Source: Lepidodermella squamata
Taxonomy: Eukaryota > Animalia > Gastrotricha
Length of the DNA stretch: 64,000 bases
Direction: 5' to 3'
Assembly (NCBI GenBank): GCA_047495785.1
Contig: JBLDXI010000024.1
Location: 5,419,659-5,483,658, forward strand
Shown one piece after another: positions 12,849 to 24,599 of the stretch. The position numbers and the translations under genes were made by a program. How positions within the stretch are numbered: the first letter of the stretch is position 1; each line of letters begins with the position of its first letter. The notes under the pieces are model-generated. The model had not been told where the DNA came from, made no database searches, and was given only the letters and a program-made list of their open reading frames with translations.

Positions 12849-14486
12849 GCCTTCTAAAGTAGTACCCATTTATCAATTAGATAGGTACTTGTATAGCTGA
12901 TCATCCATCTATCACATCCGCGGCAGCCGCTGAGTAAACACATTTGCGAACTTGTTATTGTCAACGATGAATTGCCTTTTTCGATTAGGAATTTAATATT
13001 ATTTTTAGGATTATTGGATTGGCTTAATTGCTTCGATTGCTTAATTATTTTTCATCCGAGTAAAATAAAACGCGCAATGAATAATGGAGATCACAGATTA
13101 TATCCAATCAGTAGAGCTTAAATACCTTTAACCTGGTTTCTTCATTTCTTCCGATCGTGATGAAAAAAATCAAATGACGTGTAACAAGATACTGACACCC
13201 TCATCCATCTCGCCAGCAGCAACGGGCGACAATTTTGAGTAGACAGAAAGATAAGTAAAGAAATTGACGCTCTCTTAAGATTTGGTTACACACACTTGCT
13301 GTTTCGTGGTGGTGGGTGATGAATAATAAGTGAAGAGAGTGTAGGGGTGTCGTAATTCGATGAATTTGCGGCTTAGGAATGCGTCGAAAGCCACTTGAAG
13401 GTGTCTAAGCCGTGTTTACTCGCCGGCGATCGGTAGGTGCCACCATGGGCAAGTAACCAATTAATCGCTGCAGGTGTACGCCTAGTGCCCAAAGTGCGAT
13501 TTGACACTCTTACTCTCCGCATCTCGGCACGTTCATCGCGGCGCAAGTATTTGCCGACTTTGCGCAACACTTCCAAACAGCAGCAGCAGCAGCAGCGATC
13601 AGGAATTTGCGATCGCACTAATTACTTGTCGAGTGGGCAGCCAGCCAGCTTAACACACCGCAGGTAACAAGTTACCGGCTCGGCCAAAAACAAACAAAAA
13701 CTGTTTCACAGCGAGCACTTTTATTCGCGAGCGCGAAAATCTCGGCGCCAAATCGCAACTATTTCATATAATAGCAATAATAACAACCATGATATTAATA
13801 ATTAATAATTAATAATAATATTATTATTGTATTAGCAATAGCTAGTCAGTATATAAGGTCATGACACTGCCATGAATATAATATAATACTTCTTTCATAT
13901 TAATTAATCAATTAATTATCATAAATAATAATCAGAATATTTTTGCATTTTGCATCATCTCGAGGTTTTGATTTCTTTAATAAAATTAACAATTACAGTT
14001 AATTACAATGATGATGATTGAAAAACAATGGCGGCGACGGTGACGACAATTTTTTTATGTTGAATAAAACCACGAGCATAGAGAGGGAAAGAAGGCGATG
14101 TAGTAGTAGTAGTAGTTAGTTGTAGAACACGGATGAGATGAACAGGAGTACATTTAAATACATAAATAAATCGACTTTGTACACCCGTGGCCGGGACTGA
14201 GATTCAGAGGGATGAGATGAGGCGGAGGCGCGAAGGAGAAGGAAAGCAAAGGAACTGCTGATGCTACACACCGATGACTTTTGTTAATTAAACGGCAGAC
14301 GACAAAGCGACAAGAGTAAGTACGAAAACAGATAGCGAACAAAGAAACACCTCGTTTTTCATGCGATGATTGCAATACAATTATTAAATCCACAACAATT
14401 CATATATATTGTGTAAGAAATATTTTCTGATTATTAATCTGCTGGCAATATAAATAATAGTAATTTAACAAGATACAATTGATTGG

Positions 14487-16795
14487 CTACGAGTAATTGC
14501 TCATTCGCATGAGTTTCGCCGCCGTTGGCCCACTGCCAGTGTGGCACGGCGAAGCGGAGGCGCTGAGGCGGGACGAGTGAGACGCCAGCTCGACATCGTC
14601 CTGCTCGTCGACGTCGAGTTCGTCCGACGTCGAGAACCCGTCGTCGTCTTCGTCATCCTGGGCGGCAGCGGCAGTGTTACTTCGATGGTGCAGATTGCCA
14701 GCACGGTTGCGCGCCACCGATGCGCGCATGTCGACTGCGCCAATGCCGGCGCCGCCGCCGTTGCCGATCGCCGTCGGGCTCGAACTGCTGCAGTGCGAGG
14801 CGGAGGGCGAGGCAGCGGGTGAAGACGACGAGCAGCAGCCGTCGGGCGACGACGACGACTTGGTGGCCTGCTGCTGCTGGTGATGGTGATTCTGGTGGCT
14901 GTTGTGCACGTTGATGAGCTGCGACGCTGTCGCCAGGGTGCTGAGGTGCAGGCGGCGGGCGCTCTCCTGCTCCTCGCGCTTCTGCTTCCGCCACTTGGCA
15001 CGCCGGTTCTTGAACCACACCTTCAAATCAAAGACGAGAAATTAAATAATAGAATATTTCAAAAAAATTATCTTTCATTTTTTATCATCTGTCTGGTGTT
15101 TTTATCGCCGTTATTTTAGGGCCGTGTGCAAGCGCATGTGGTGACCTAGTGCGATGATGAGATGAGAGATGAGAGATGACCTACTTGCTTCGACAACGTC
15201 ATCATTATCATCATTTTTCGAAAGCAAAAAAGCTCGTCGTCGTCGTCGTCGTCGACGATGAAAAGCAAACAAGCCGTGGCGGTGGTGAAAATGCGCAACA
15301 ACATGATGAGATGATGATCGGGTAAAAACGCCAGGTATGATGCGCTAAAATTATTACGCACGCAATACATAGATAGATAGATAGCAGCTAATGATGAGTC
15401 TCTAAAATCAACATTGGCGCGCTCGCTCGCGCTGGCCCAGATACGCGCAGCAGCAAAAGCGAGAGCAAACAGCCTACAGCCTATCATTGAGGTGTTGTTG
15501 AAATTCAAAGTTAAATTGCGATCATCACCAGCAAATGCATGATGAGCCATTATTGTTATATTAGGCAGGCTGACGACGACGATAAACACGCGGCGCGCGC
15601 GCGAGCGGCACCACCTCATCTGCGCAAACAATCACCGCCGCCGCCGCCGTCATCGCCAATAATAGATAAAAACGTAAATATATCTATCTAATATGATATC
15701 TAATAAATGGCGATGATGGCTCTGCGCTAAGTGCTAATGAGCCAATATCCGATTTTGAGACAATGAGACAATGAAAATGAAAGTTACCTCGACGCGTTCC
15801 TCCTTGAGCTCGATCTTGGACGCGAGCTCCTCGCGCAGCAGCACGTCCGGGTAGTGGGTGCGCTGGAACGTCCGTTCCAGCTCCTCCAGCTGCTCCTCCG
15901 TGAATATGGTGCGGTGGCGGCGTTTGCGCTTCGACGCCGCCGACAGCGACCCGCTGCCCCCGCCGCCCAATCCGCCGCCGCCGACGTGGTGATGCGCCGC
16001 CGCGGCCGCCATCGCCATCGACGCCGCCATGTGCTGCGCGAACGCAGGGTGTTGCATCGGCGACTGATGATGCGACTGAATCGACTGTTGCGGCGGTGGC
16101 ACGGCGAGTCGGTGCTGCTGCTGCGGCGTCGACGCGCTGTTGGCGGAGGCGAACAGCGACTGCAGTTGCGCGAGCGGGTCCGCCGCCGACGAGGCCGACG
16201 CAGCCGGCGACGTCGTCGATTGCAGCAGCGCGTTGATGAGGTCGAGCGAGGCGTTCGACGCTGGGCTGGTGTGTTGGTTGTGGTGCAGCTTGTTGTCAGC
16301 CAGCTTGTTATCGGCAGCCGGCAGCAGCAGCGACGACGGCGTGTTCGTTTTGTTCTTCAAATGCTGCTGCAGTTGCTGTTGCTGCTGCTGCTCGGCTGGG
16401 GCTGACGACGAGGAGGCGTTGGACGACGCCGAAGCCAGCGGCGCCGCCGTCGCATTCGTCGACGAGTTGACGTTGAGGGCGAGTGGCGACATGGGCGACG
16501 AACCCACCGGTTGTTGTTGTTGCTGGTTGAGCGCGGCGAGGAGGGCGTGCTGCAGCAGCGCCTGCATCGCCGCGGCCGCGTGTTGCTGCTGTTGCTGTTG
16601 CGCCGCCGCCGCTTCCATGTCGGCGGTGCGTTGCCGCTCGGCTGCGGCGGCGGCCGCAACTGCCGCAGCCCACGTCGCCAGGCCGTTCGAAGCAGCAGCA
16701 GAAGCAGCCGGTGACGACTGTTGCTGTTGCTGTTGCTGTTGGGCGGCTGCTGCGGCGGCTGCCTGCAGGTACGCCGAGGCGATGAAGCTGTTCAT
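14487..16795 (-). CDS. gsc: Goosecoid, K50 paired-class homeobox transcription factor. Exons 16795(or further upstream)-15788 and 15020-14487
   Basis: Homeodomain [46 protein letters not shown]|[15 protein letters not shown] with K50. The intron is at the PRD-class codon 46/47 position. The N-terminus is poly-Q/poly-A. Confidence 0.93.
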
Positions 16796-17429
16796 CACTT
16801 TTCGACTTGTGTTCGACGACTAAAACAATGAGTATATAACGATGATGATCTATTGCGATAAAGAATGCATGAATGAGAGCGACTTATGATCGCCGTGAAA
16901 TGGCTCAACTATTAACTATATAATAATATCGAATAAACAAAACATCAGCAGCAGCAGAGCAGGGGGTGATAATTGGATATTGACAAAGCATTTCTCTCCC
17001 CGCCCGCCCGACGACGACGAGACCATCATCAGGTGAGATCATCGCCATCATCGTCGATGCTGATGGATGACCTATACGTGTGGGCCCCGAAAACAAATAT
17101 TTTTGCTGGCGATACTTGCATGCGCCTGCCTGCCTTTACGGCTTTAAAAATGACGAAATTATAATATCCGAGAATAAATGAATGAGAATAATGCAATATT
17201 TATTATTAGATGATGATGATGAGAGAAAAGAGCAAATTGACCCACACATACACACACATACAAGCATGCATGCATGGTGGAATACAGGTGAGGAGCTGGT
17301 GTTAAATTCGCATTATACGCTGCTGAAAAGTGTAAATGTCATGTTTTATCAGCAGCAGCAGCAGCAGCAGCAGCAACCTGGTGGTAGGTATAGAAGAGTA
17401 GTACCAACCTGGTCGCTAATGAGGCGCTG

Positions 17430-17470
17430 GCCAATGAGCGCGCGAGGCCGAGCCGCCGTGCCAACCAATC
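17430..17470. promoter_or_regulatory. Paired CCAAT boxes in a GC-rich patch upstream of gsc (possible promoter)
   Basis: gccaatgag and accaatcag about 35 bp apart in CG-rich sequence, ~650 bp upstream of the gsc ORF. Motif evidence only. Confidence 0.3.
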
Positions 17471-20400
17471 AGCGAGCGCGCATTGCTTGAGTAAACATAC
17501 CTATCTAAAACACTAATACTCACTTGTGTGTGGCGCATTTTTCTACCATCAGCTATTATTATTATTATTATTATTATTGCAGACTCTGGTGGTAGGTAAT
17601 AGGTAAGTATGTCGCGCGCGCGCGCCTAATATACGCGCGCTCAACAAGGCTTAAAGCAAACAGGTAGTTGCGCGCGCGCGCGTTAAATTGACGAACAAAT
17701 CCGCGTCTCGTTTCGCCTAAGACTGAGTAAGTACATTAACAGCTCAGGTATTTGTCGACGACGCGAGCACACGCCCCCGAAACACTGGAACACCACTAAT
17801 GCTAAGCCCGAGTGTTCAAGTGCGCGAGTTTCGAAATCTCACACATTACTTTTACTTATTTGAAACGCGTGCCTAAAACCAGCAGCACCAGCACCAACTA
17901 CTACTCCCTACTACTGAACGGTAAATAGTATACTTACGACGGTGATAATGATGAACTTTAATGCGTTTTAATGTTGACAATCGCCCAGGTAAATTCATTC
18001 ACACACACACACACACACACACAGGTGAGTGGCAGAGATCATGATGACGATGATGAAGAGATGATGAGCCCATTACAACTTTCTCATGCGACCATACCCG
18101 TCAATCAGTCAAATTTCCGAGATATGTCTCCGCTTGGCATGTAACTAACTAAAAAAAGGGAAAATAAAGCTAAGTGAGCGGTAGGTAAAAAGTAGATATA
18201 TAATTAGGCAAGTGACTACGCTGCCTGGCTCTGCCTGGCTGGCTGTTCGATGAATTCACGTGCGAGTGAGTGTATGTTCAGGATTAGCAACACAAAACGT
18301 TGTGTTTTATAGCTTACACTTATAAAAAACTAATCATAATGCGTTAATCCGCGCCATCACAGGATTACCTTGAGCAAATCCAATAATAATAATAATATTA
18401 TGTAATAATACTAATAATACTAATAACGATGATCGCAAGGTTCGAAACACCCTTCTGCTGCTGCTGCTGCAATTGCTGCTAGCAGACAGACATACATAGA
18501 CAGACAATCGGCACAAAAAATGACTAGTCAAAGTAGTGGATACTTGCTCTAGGTGGCGGGTATTAGGGTACTATATTAAGGCTGATGAGATTAATTCCTT
18601 AATTAATTGGCATTTATGCTTTAATTAATTGCCGCCTACTACTATGCTGCAATCGCGGGCGCCCGCTCACCTGATGCCTCGACAAGACAAACGATCGAGC
18701 GCCGAACGATCGAAGCGCGAAGACTGCCTGCGGAAATGGCACCTCCATACCTCCTGCTACCTACACCTGCTAATAATGCCTAATACCTTGTAAAAACGAT
18801 ATACCTACTGATTATTAGGTGTATACCTCGGCGATGATGATGATGAACATCAGGTGCAAGGAGACAATAACGATGTGCGGCGACGACGTCTTCGAGTGGT
18901 GGGACTGACTACGACGAGGCGTCAAGGCGTCTAAAATGGTGTGTATAAGAAGCAATAATAAGTAGGCACATGTCTATGAGCAGGCGCAAACACAGGCGCG
19001 TCTAATAAGGCGCATTATCGGCGCATTATCAGCAGATAAAGCTGTTGACGTTTCGGCCACTTGTCAGCAGCCCAAGCAAGTGTAATATTACCTCTAGGTA
19101 GTCTGTAGCATAGATAGATAGCTAGTTGGTTGGGGATGAGGCGACGCCTCGCCTACACCTGTGCGATGCGCTGCGCCGTACTAGCCGTAGCAGTAGCAGT
19201 AGCAGCGGTAAAGAGGCGGGCTAAATTGTTCCGCAAACACTAATATAGCTGCGTGTCGCCGCGGTTGCGCATGCAGCAGATTTACACTTTTCGTGGTGTT
19301 GTACTGCACAAGTACTTTTACTATACCTACCTATACCTACCTATACTTATATATGGTGGTGTTGGAAGCAGCGCTGGGCGTTGGCTCTAAGTATCTAAGC
19401 AATGTTTGCCCCTGGCAGCAGTCGCATCAGCAGCATCAGCGCCAAGGTGTGCCTGCCTTTACACGTTATTTATTGTACAGGTAATAATGATGGCCGCAGA
19501 AAGCCCTTTATCCCCGCCAATCACAATAAATTCATCGGTAAAGCGGCGGAAACGCGAGCCGGCCGAGTGCGCCTAATCACCGCGTCGTCAAACACTCTGC
19601 TACTACTACGACCACCTACCTATATACTATACCTTGTATTCTTGTCTTCTTGTTCAACAATACACCTGCTGGTGGTGGCGATGTAACGGGTGTGTATAAA
19701 ACGATATAATAATATAATAATAATATTATAGGCGGCGGCGGCGGCAAAAAGACACCGGGTAATAATGCGCCGGTGATCACGATCTGTCAACACTCGGGCA
19801 CAGGTGCGATATTTCGCATCAAATTATTACAACCCCAATCCCCACCTCCACCACCACCATACCAGCTCATGCTAAGCCCAGACCAGTCCCAGACCCAGAC
19901 TTGTACCATCCCTATGCATCTTATAACGGCGGTAATTTACAACTGTCAAGTATTTGCGCAAATGGCATTATTGCGGCCGCGTCGCATCGTCGCCATCGCC
20001 ACCGCCACCGCCGCCGCAGCCTCATCATCAGATGATGAGGATGGAAGAAGAGCATATCAGCAGCAGGTGCCACATCGTTAATGCTTCCTAATCGACGACG
20101 CGAACACACAATAAACGTCTATAGATAGGTAGATAGACTGATGAGAAGAGCAGGTTCCCGCGCCTATAATATTATCTATTTTACACAAAAGAGTAGCACA
20201 TGCGAACGCACAGCAGTACCTATACGTAGTAGTATAGGTTAATTAGCACAACGAATCCGCCCCGGTTCATAACATGCGGCTGAACGAACCGAACGAACTC
20301 ACGCACAAGTTCAGTTCCAGCGCTTAGCTATCTGGTGCTGCCTGTTCATTAATTGAAGCTTGCAACATCGGAACAAAACAGTTTGCGACCAAAATTCATA

Positions 20401-22237
20401 ATATGCGATTGGGGAGATTAATCGAAAGAAAGATCGGAAGATGCTTCTTTGCAATCACGGTGTTGATATTGTAAAATGACTGAACCTTTCTATAAGAGAG
20501 GTACTAATAGTTGCAACTCGGAACAACTTGGATTCGCGAATGCCCTACAATTTACCGGTTTAAGGAATTCATGATAACAGTGCCATTGCAAAGTACCTTA
20601 ATTTCTCAAATGTCACCTTAATCCATCAGAATAATCCTGAATTTGGCTAAAATGAATGTAAGAAAGGTTCGCCTTCTCAGTGGAAACCAGCTACCAGCTT
20701 CAATTACGCGTTGCCAATAATTCCACGGGCATTTCGAGACGAATTCTGGCCAAGTTTGTTAAATACGCGGGAACCTCGCAGTTTTTCGGCCGACAGCTGG
20801 CCGACGTACTGCCGTCGAAGACTTATTTGAAGTCAAATGCAATTTTGAGTTGGCCCGCAAGTTCCTAATCGCTATTCTTTTGGAAGCCCAAGTCGAAGCT
20901 GTCGAATAATGAGGCCCGAGTGGCAACGTTTTCGTAGCCTAGATAATTCCTTGTTATTTCAAGTGCCATGGAGAAGCTAGGACTGTGATGCTTATAATAT
21001 ATGCCGCTGCTATTCGACTGCTATGATAGCAGGCTCATAAAGTAATTAAGCTGCGTTGAGACATCATAGCAACATGAGCAGAAGAGCGGCTCATCAGTGT
21101 TGACCTTGAAAACGAGATACTAATAGATGACATGCCGTCATCAAGGCACCGCCACGAGAGTCGAATCTCTTTTGTACTATTATACCTACGTCTTTATGGC
21201 CGATTACGGATTTACTTTTTCCTAATAACTTTTTCATTAAACAATGATTCAACGTGTCGTCGCACCCTTCTTTCATCTTTCAAAGCATCTTTCAGATTGC
21301 TGTTTTACTTAGTTGGATTGAAGTCGCAAAAGTAGATGATCGGCTTCAGAGTATGGTGCGCAAAAACTCGGCCACGACCTATATATTTTCTTTTCATTTC
21401 AAGTATTATTATTTATTTCGCAGATGAGATCGGCTGCGCTGTCTTACATCAGTATATCGCAGTGCTGAGCTTGCGATCAAGTGACTTGCGCATCAGTCGA
21501 ATGACTTTTATTACTTATTATTATATTCTTGAGCAAAAATGGCGCACGGGCAATGTAATTTGCTTCCCACCTCTCGTTTCTCTCGATACATCTCGAGCGC
21601 TCAGCCGCAATCCTCTGCTCTGATGTTATACTGCCATCTACAAAAATAAATTATTATTAATATTGTTTTTTTGTGTTTAATTAAGCGTATTTCATAGCTC
21701 TCTTTTATGAATAATGTCCCCTGCTTGGCGATGCATGCAGCTAATCGCTCAGGCTCGCAATCTCTTTGCTTCTTTCGTTCCTAATCTTTCGTCAGGTGAA
21801 ACAGGGGATGCGTATTAGTGACAGTGGATGGCAACTTCGCCTGGCCACGCAACCTCCAGGCAAATTTGCAGAAAGGTAATTGCTGGTTATTTGCTGCAAT
21901 TTCAACAGCTTTCGGCGTTATTTCGCCCTTGAAGATTGACCGGAATTCACCTGAGAATCGAAGAGGAAAAATTTGCATCAGCAATGCTTTTTGAAAAAAA
22001 GAACGGCACCCATTGAGGCCTCTTTTCCAATAACGCTGCTTGTAAACTTCAATTCAGAAAAGAAATGAGGTGTAGGGTCATTCAGCGCCATTCGAAACAT
22101 GCACTATACCTACCGCCGTTATTTCTTTCAGTCTTGAAGTTGGCGCTGATTGAAGAAAGCAGCGTGTATTAAAGAAATCAAAGACCCCACAACGTACTAC
22201 ACAGCATACCTATACAGCAGCAGATCACTAATACGGG

Positions 22238-23782
22238 ATGCCGTACGGGCGACAGCAACAGAATGATCAGAACCAGCAGTACCAGCAACAGCAACAACAG
22301 TACCAACATTACGGTGATGATGAACAACAGCAGCAGGAACAGCCGCAAGACTACCAAGCCGGCGAAGGCTACTATGACAACGGTGATGGCAATAACAACC
22401 CGGACGATCAGTATTACGCGAATGAGCAGCAAAATGAGCAGCAGCAACAGGTTGGCGACGACAATCAACAGCCATCGGCAGCTCCGGCTGCAAGCGTGAC
22501 ACCGACGCCGACTGCCGGGGCAGGCCAGCGTGTCGCCAGCCAACAGCCCCAGCAGAGCCAGCAGCAGTCGCAATCTCCAGCTAAAAACCAACAACAGGCA
22601 AACGCCAATAATAATGATAAGCTAATGTCGGCAAGTGACATGCAGCTGTTGATGGAGATCAAAAAGCTTAAAAAACAGGTTGGCTTTTAGGTTATAAACC
22701 GGTAATATCTTCGCATTTTGCGCCTTTAAGAATGCGGCCAAGGACGAGGAGATAGGCAGGCTGAACAAGGCGATTGCCAAGTTGAAGATCAAGCCGAAAA
22801 TCGATGAGCTGGAACGCAATCTCAGGGTAACACTTTTCATCACACTGTTTCCTCTTTTCATAGTTTCAATAATAGGCTGCAATTTTTTCCAGTCAGTAAT
22901 AATTATGATTTGCAAAGAAGCGAGATCTAATTAGGGCCTCGACAAATCCTGCAGCTGAGAATCCTGTTCCAAACGTGTTTAACCAAGTAACAGGTTCTGA
23001 ATAGATCAACATAGAACATCGACCTTAGACGAATTCGTAAAACTGTCAAAGAGTTCGGATTGTCGATAGAATTTCGATTTCTCCATATCACTGATTGTCA
23101 TAGTTTTATAAATAGCTTTATCTGATTGTCAATCAGAGCCCATTATGGGCAATACGGGAATACTCTATGGCTAACCATGGAGAAATAAAATTTCCCCCCG
23201 ATCTGGAACCCCTCGATTCGTTTGGCTGCGCCAAACTCACTCGGGGTTCCAGATCGGGGGGAAATTGTATAGGAATTGGATAGGAATTGGTCAAGTTATT
23301 ATTCTACTGTCCCAGAACTGCCCTGGTTACCAAGCGAAATAGCTATTTCCAAGACTCGGCACTGATCGGAAGCTATTTTCGATTACTCTCGGAATCCCCA
23401 GGAAACTCGAAACCTCCATGTTATTTCAAATTTGAAATTATTTTCCGATTATGTTTTAATGTCGTGGATTACATCATAGAGAACGTACCTATTTTCCTTC
23501 AAATTTCAAACTATGGTTGTAGTGAAAGTTTCAAGTCAGATTTTCCGACAAAAATTGTAGCAATTAGGTCTTTCCCATTATTATAAGCTGATCCCTATGA
23601 ATATTCTCTGTGGTTTACAGGAGGCGCAGGGGCTGGTTGATGAGCTGAAGCAACGAGTGACCACCACGAGCCCAACGGGTTCTACATCGCCATCTTCATT
23701 GTCTCGAGGGTCTGTAGGCGGCGGCGGCGGCGGCTACAACAACAGCAATCAGCAGCAGAAAAACAACAAAAGAACTTATTGA
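22238..23782 (+). CDS. Uncharacterised protein with a Q/N/Y-rich low-complexity N-terminus and a coiled coil. Exons 22238-22678, 22731-22826, 23621-23782
   Basis: Three exons join in phase 0 via GT-AG and give a heptad-like helix across two introns (LLMEIKKLKKQ|NAAKDEEIGRLNKAIAKLKIKPKIDELERNLR|EAQGLVDELKQRV). AATAAA at ~23826. Confidence 0.7.
23189..23266. repeat. Perfect 24-bp inverted repeat with a nested inner hairpin, intronic and MITE-like
   Basis: AATTTCCCCCCGATCTGGAACCCC (23189-23212) and its reverse complement (23243-23266) enclose GTTTGGC-tgc-GCCAAAC. Confidence 0.85.
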
Positions 23783-24599
23783 AACTGTTATCTTCAATTA
23801 AATAGGTAGGCTGCTAATTATTTCCAATAAAATTCTTATTTTTTAATGAGAATTTTTGTGATTGCGACGGAAATATTGCGGCTTTCTATAAATTGATGCT
23901 GAAGACCGGTAGACGTAGGTACTCATAGCTGGAAAAAGTATCGGAAGGCAAGCATCTTGCTGGTATTGCAAATCGGGCGTTTCTCGTTTTTTGGGACTTT
24001 CTAACTGGAACTCCGGTGGTTTTATTTTCGTGTTGTTTCCTGTTTCGAACGTCTTCGTTTTGGTATTTGTTTCACGAATGGCGCGCGCGCGCTCTCTCTC
24101 TCTCAATGTACATCTGAGGTTGCGGTAGACAGACACTGCGTGTGCAACTTACGTATATGCGGAGGTATCTCGATACTTTTGCGATCTGCGATACCCAATA
24201 GTGCGATATACCTAATAGGTAGCAAATCGCCGGCTCGTGTGTAATACTACTCGGTATAGGTACCGAATGCGGAATGCGGACGCGCATCAGCGGAGACGGC
24301 CGTAAGGAGCGAATCGCCCAACTGCGAGCCGGTATTCGTACGTCTAGTAACATGCCGGTGAACTGCAGCTGCTCGCCGGCTCATCGGGTGTATAGGCATC
24401 TTCTTATATAGATACATTTGTGCTCAGCTTAACCGCCGGGGCGAGTAAGTATTACGATGCACTCGTACCATCATCGGTCGAGATCAGCGCGGCAGCAGCG
24501 GCAGAGAGACGGGAACGCCCGGTGAGGCGCGAAACAAATCGGAATAATGCTGTGACGTGAAAAATTCGAAAACAAAACTTGAAAACAAATGCCGTAGAT

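Noticed and set aside
66-16823. Many overlapping Arg/Ala-rich ORFs on alternate frames and antisense to real exons
   Set aside because: Shadow ORFs caused by high GC3 codon usage; no recognisable motifs.
17380-20160. Frequent CAGGTA/TAGGTA/CAGGTG (Zelda- or Snail-like) motifs upstream of gsc
   Set aside because: Similar AGGTA/TACCT words occur in other non-coding parts of the window; enrichment cannot be shown without a background count.
21796-22135. Exon-like segments with good splice signals upstream of the Q-rich gene
   Set aside because: They could not be joined into an open frame with the 22238 ORF (in-frame TAA at 22229). Possibly 5' UTR exons, but unsupported.
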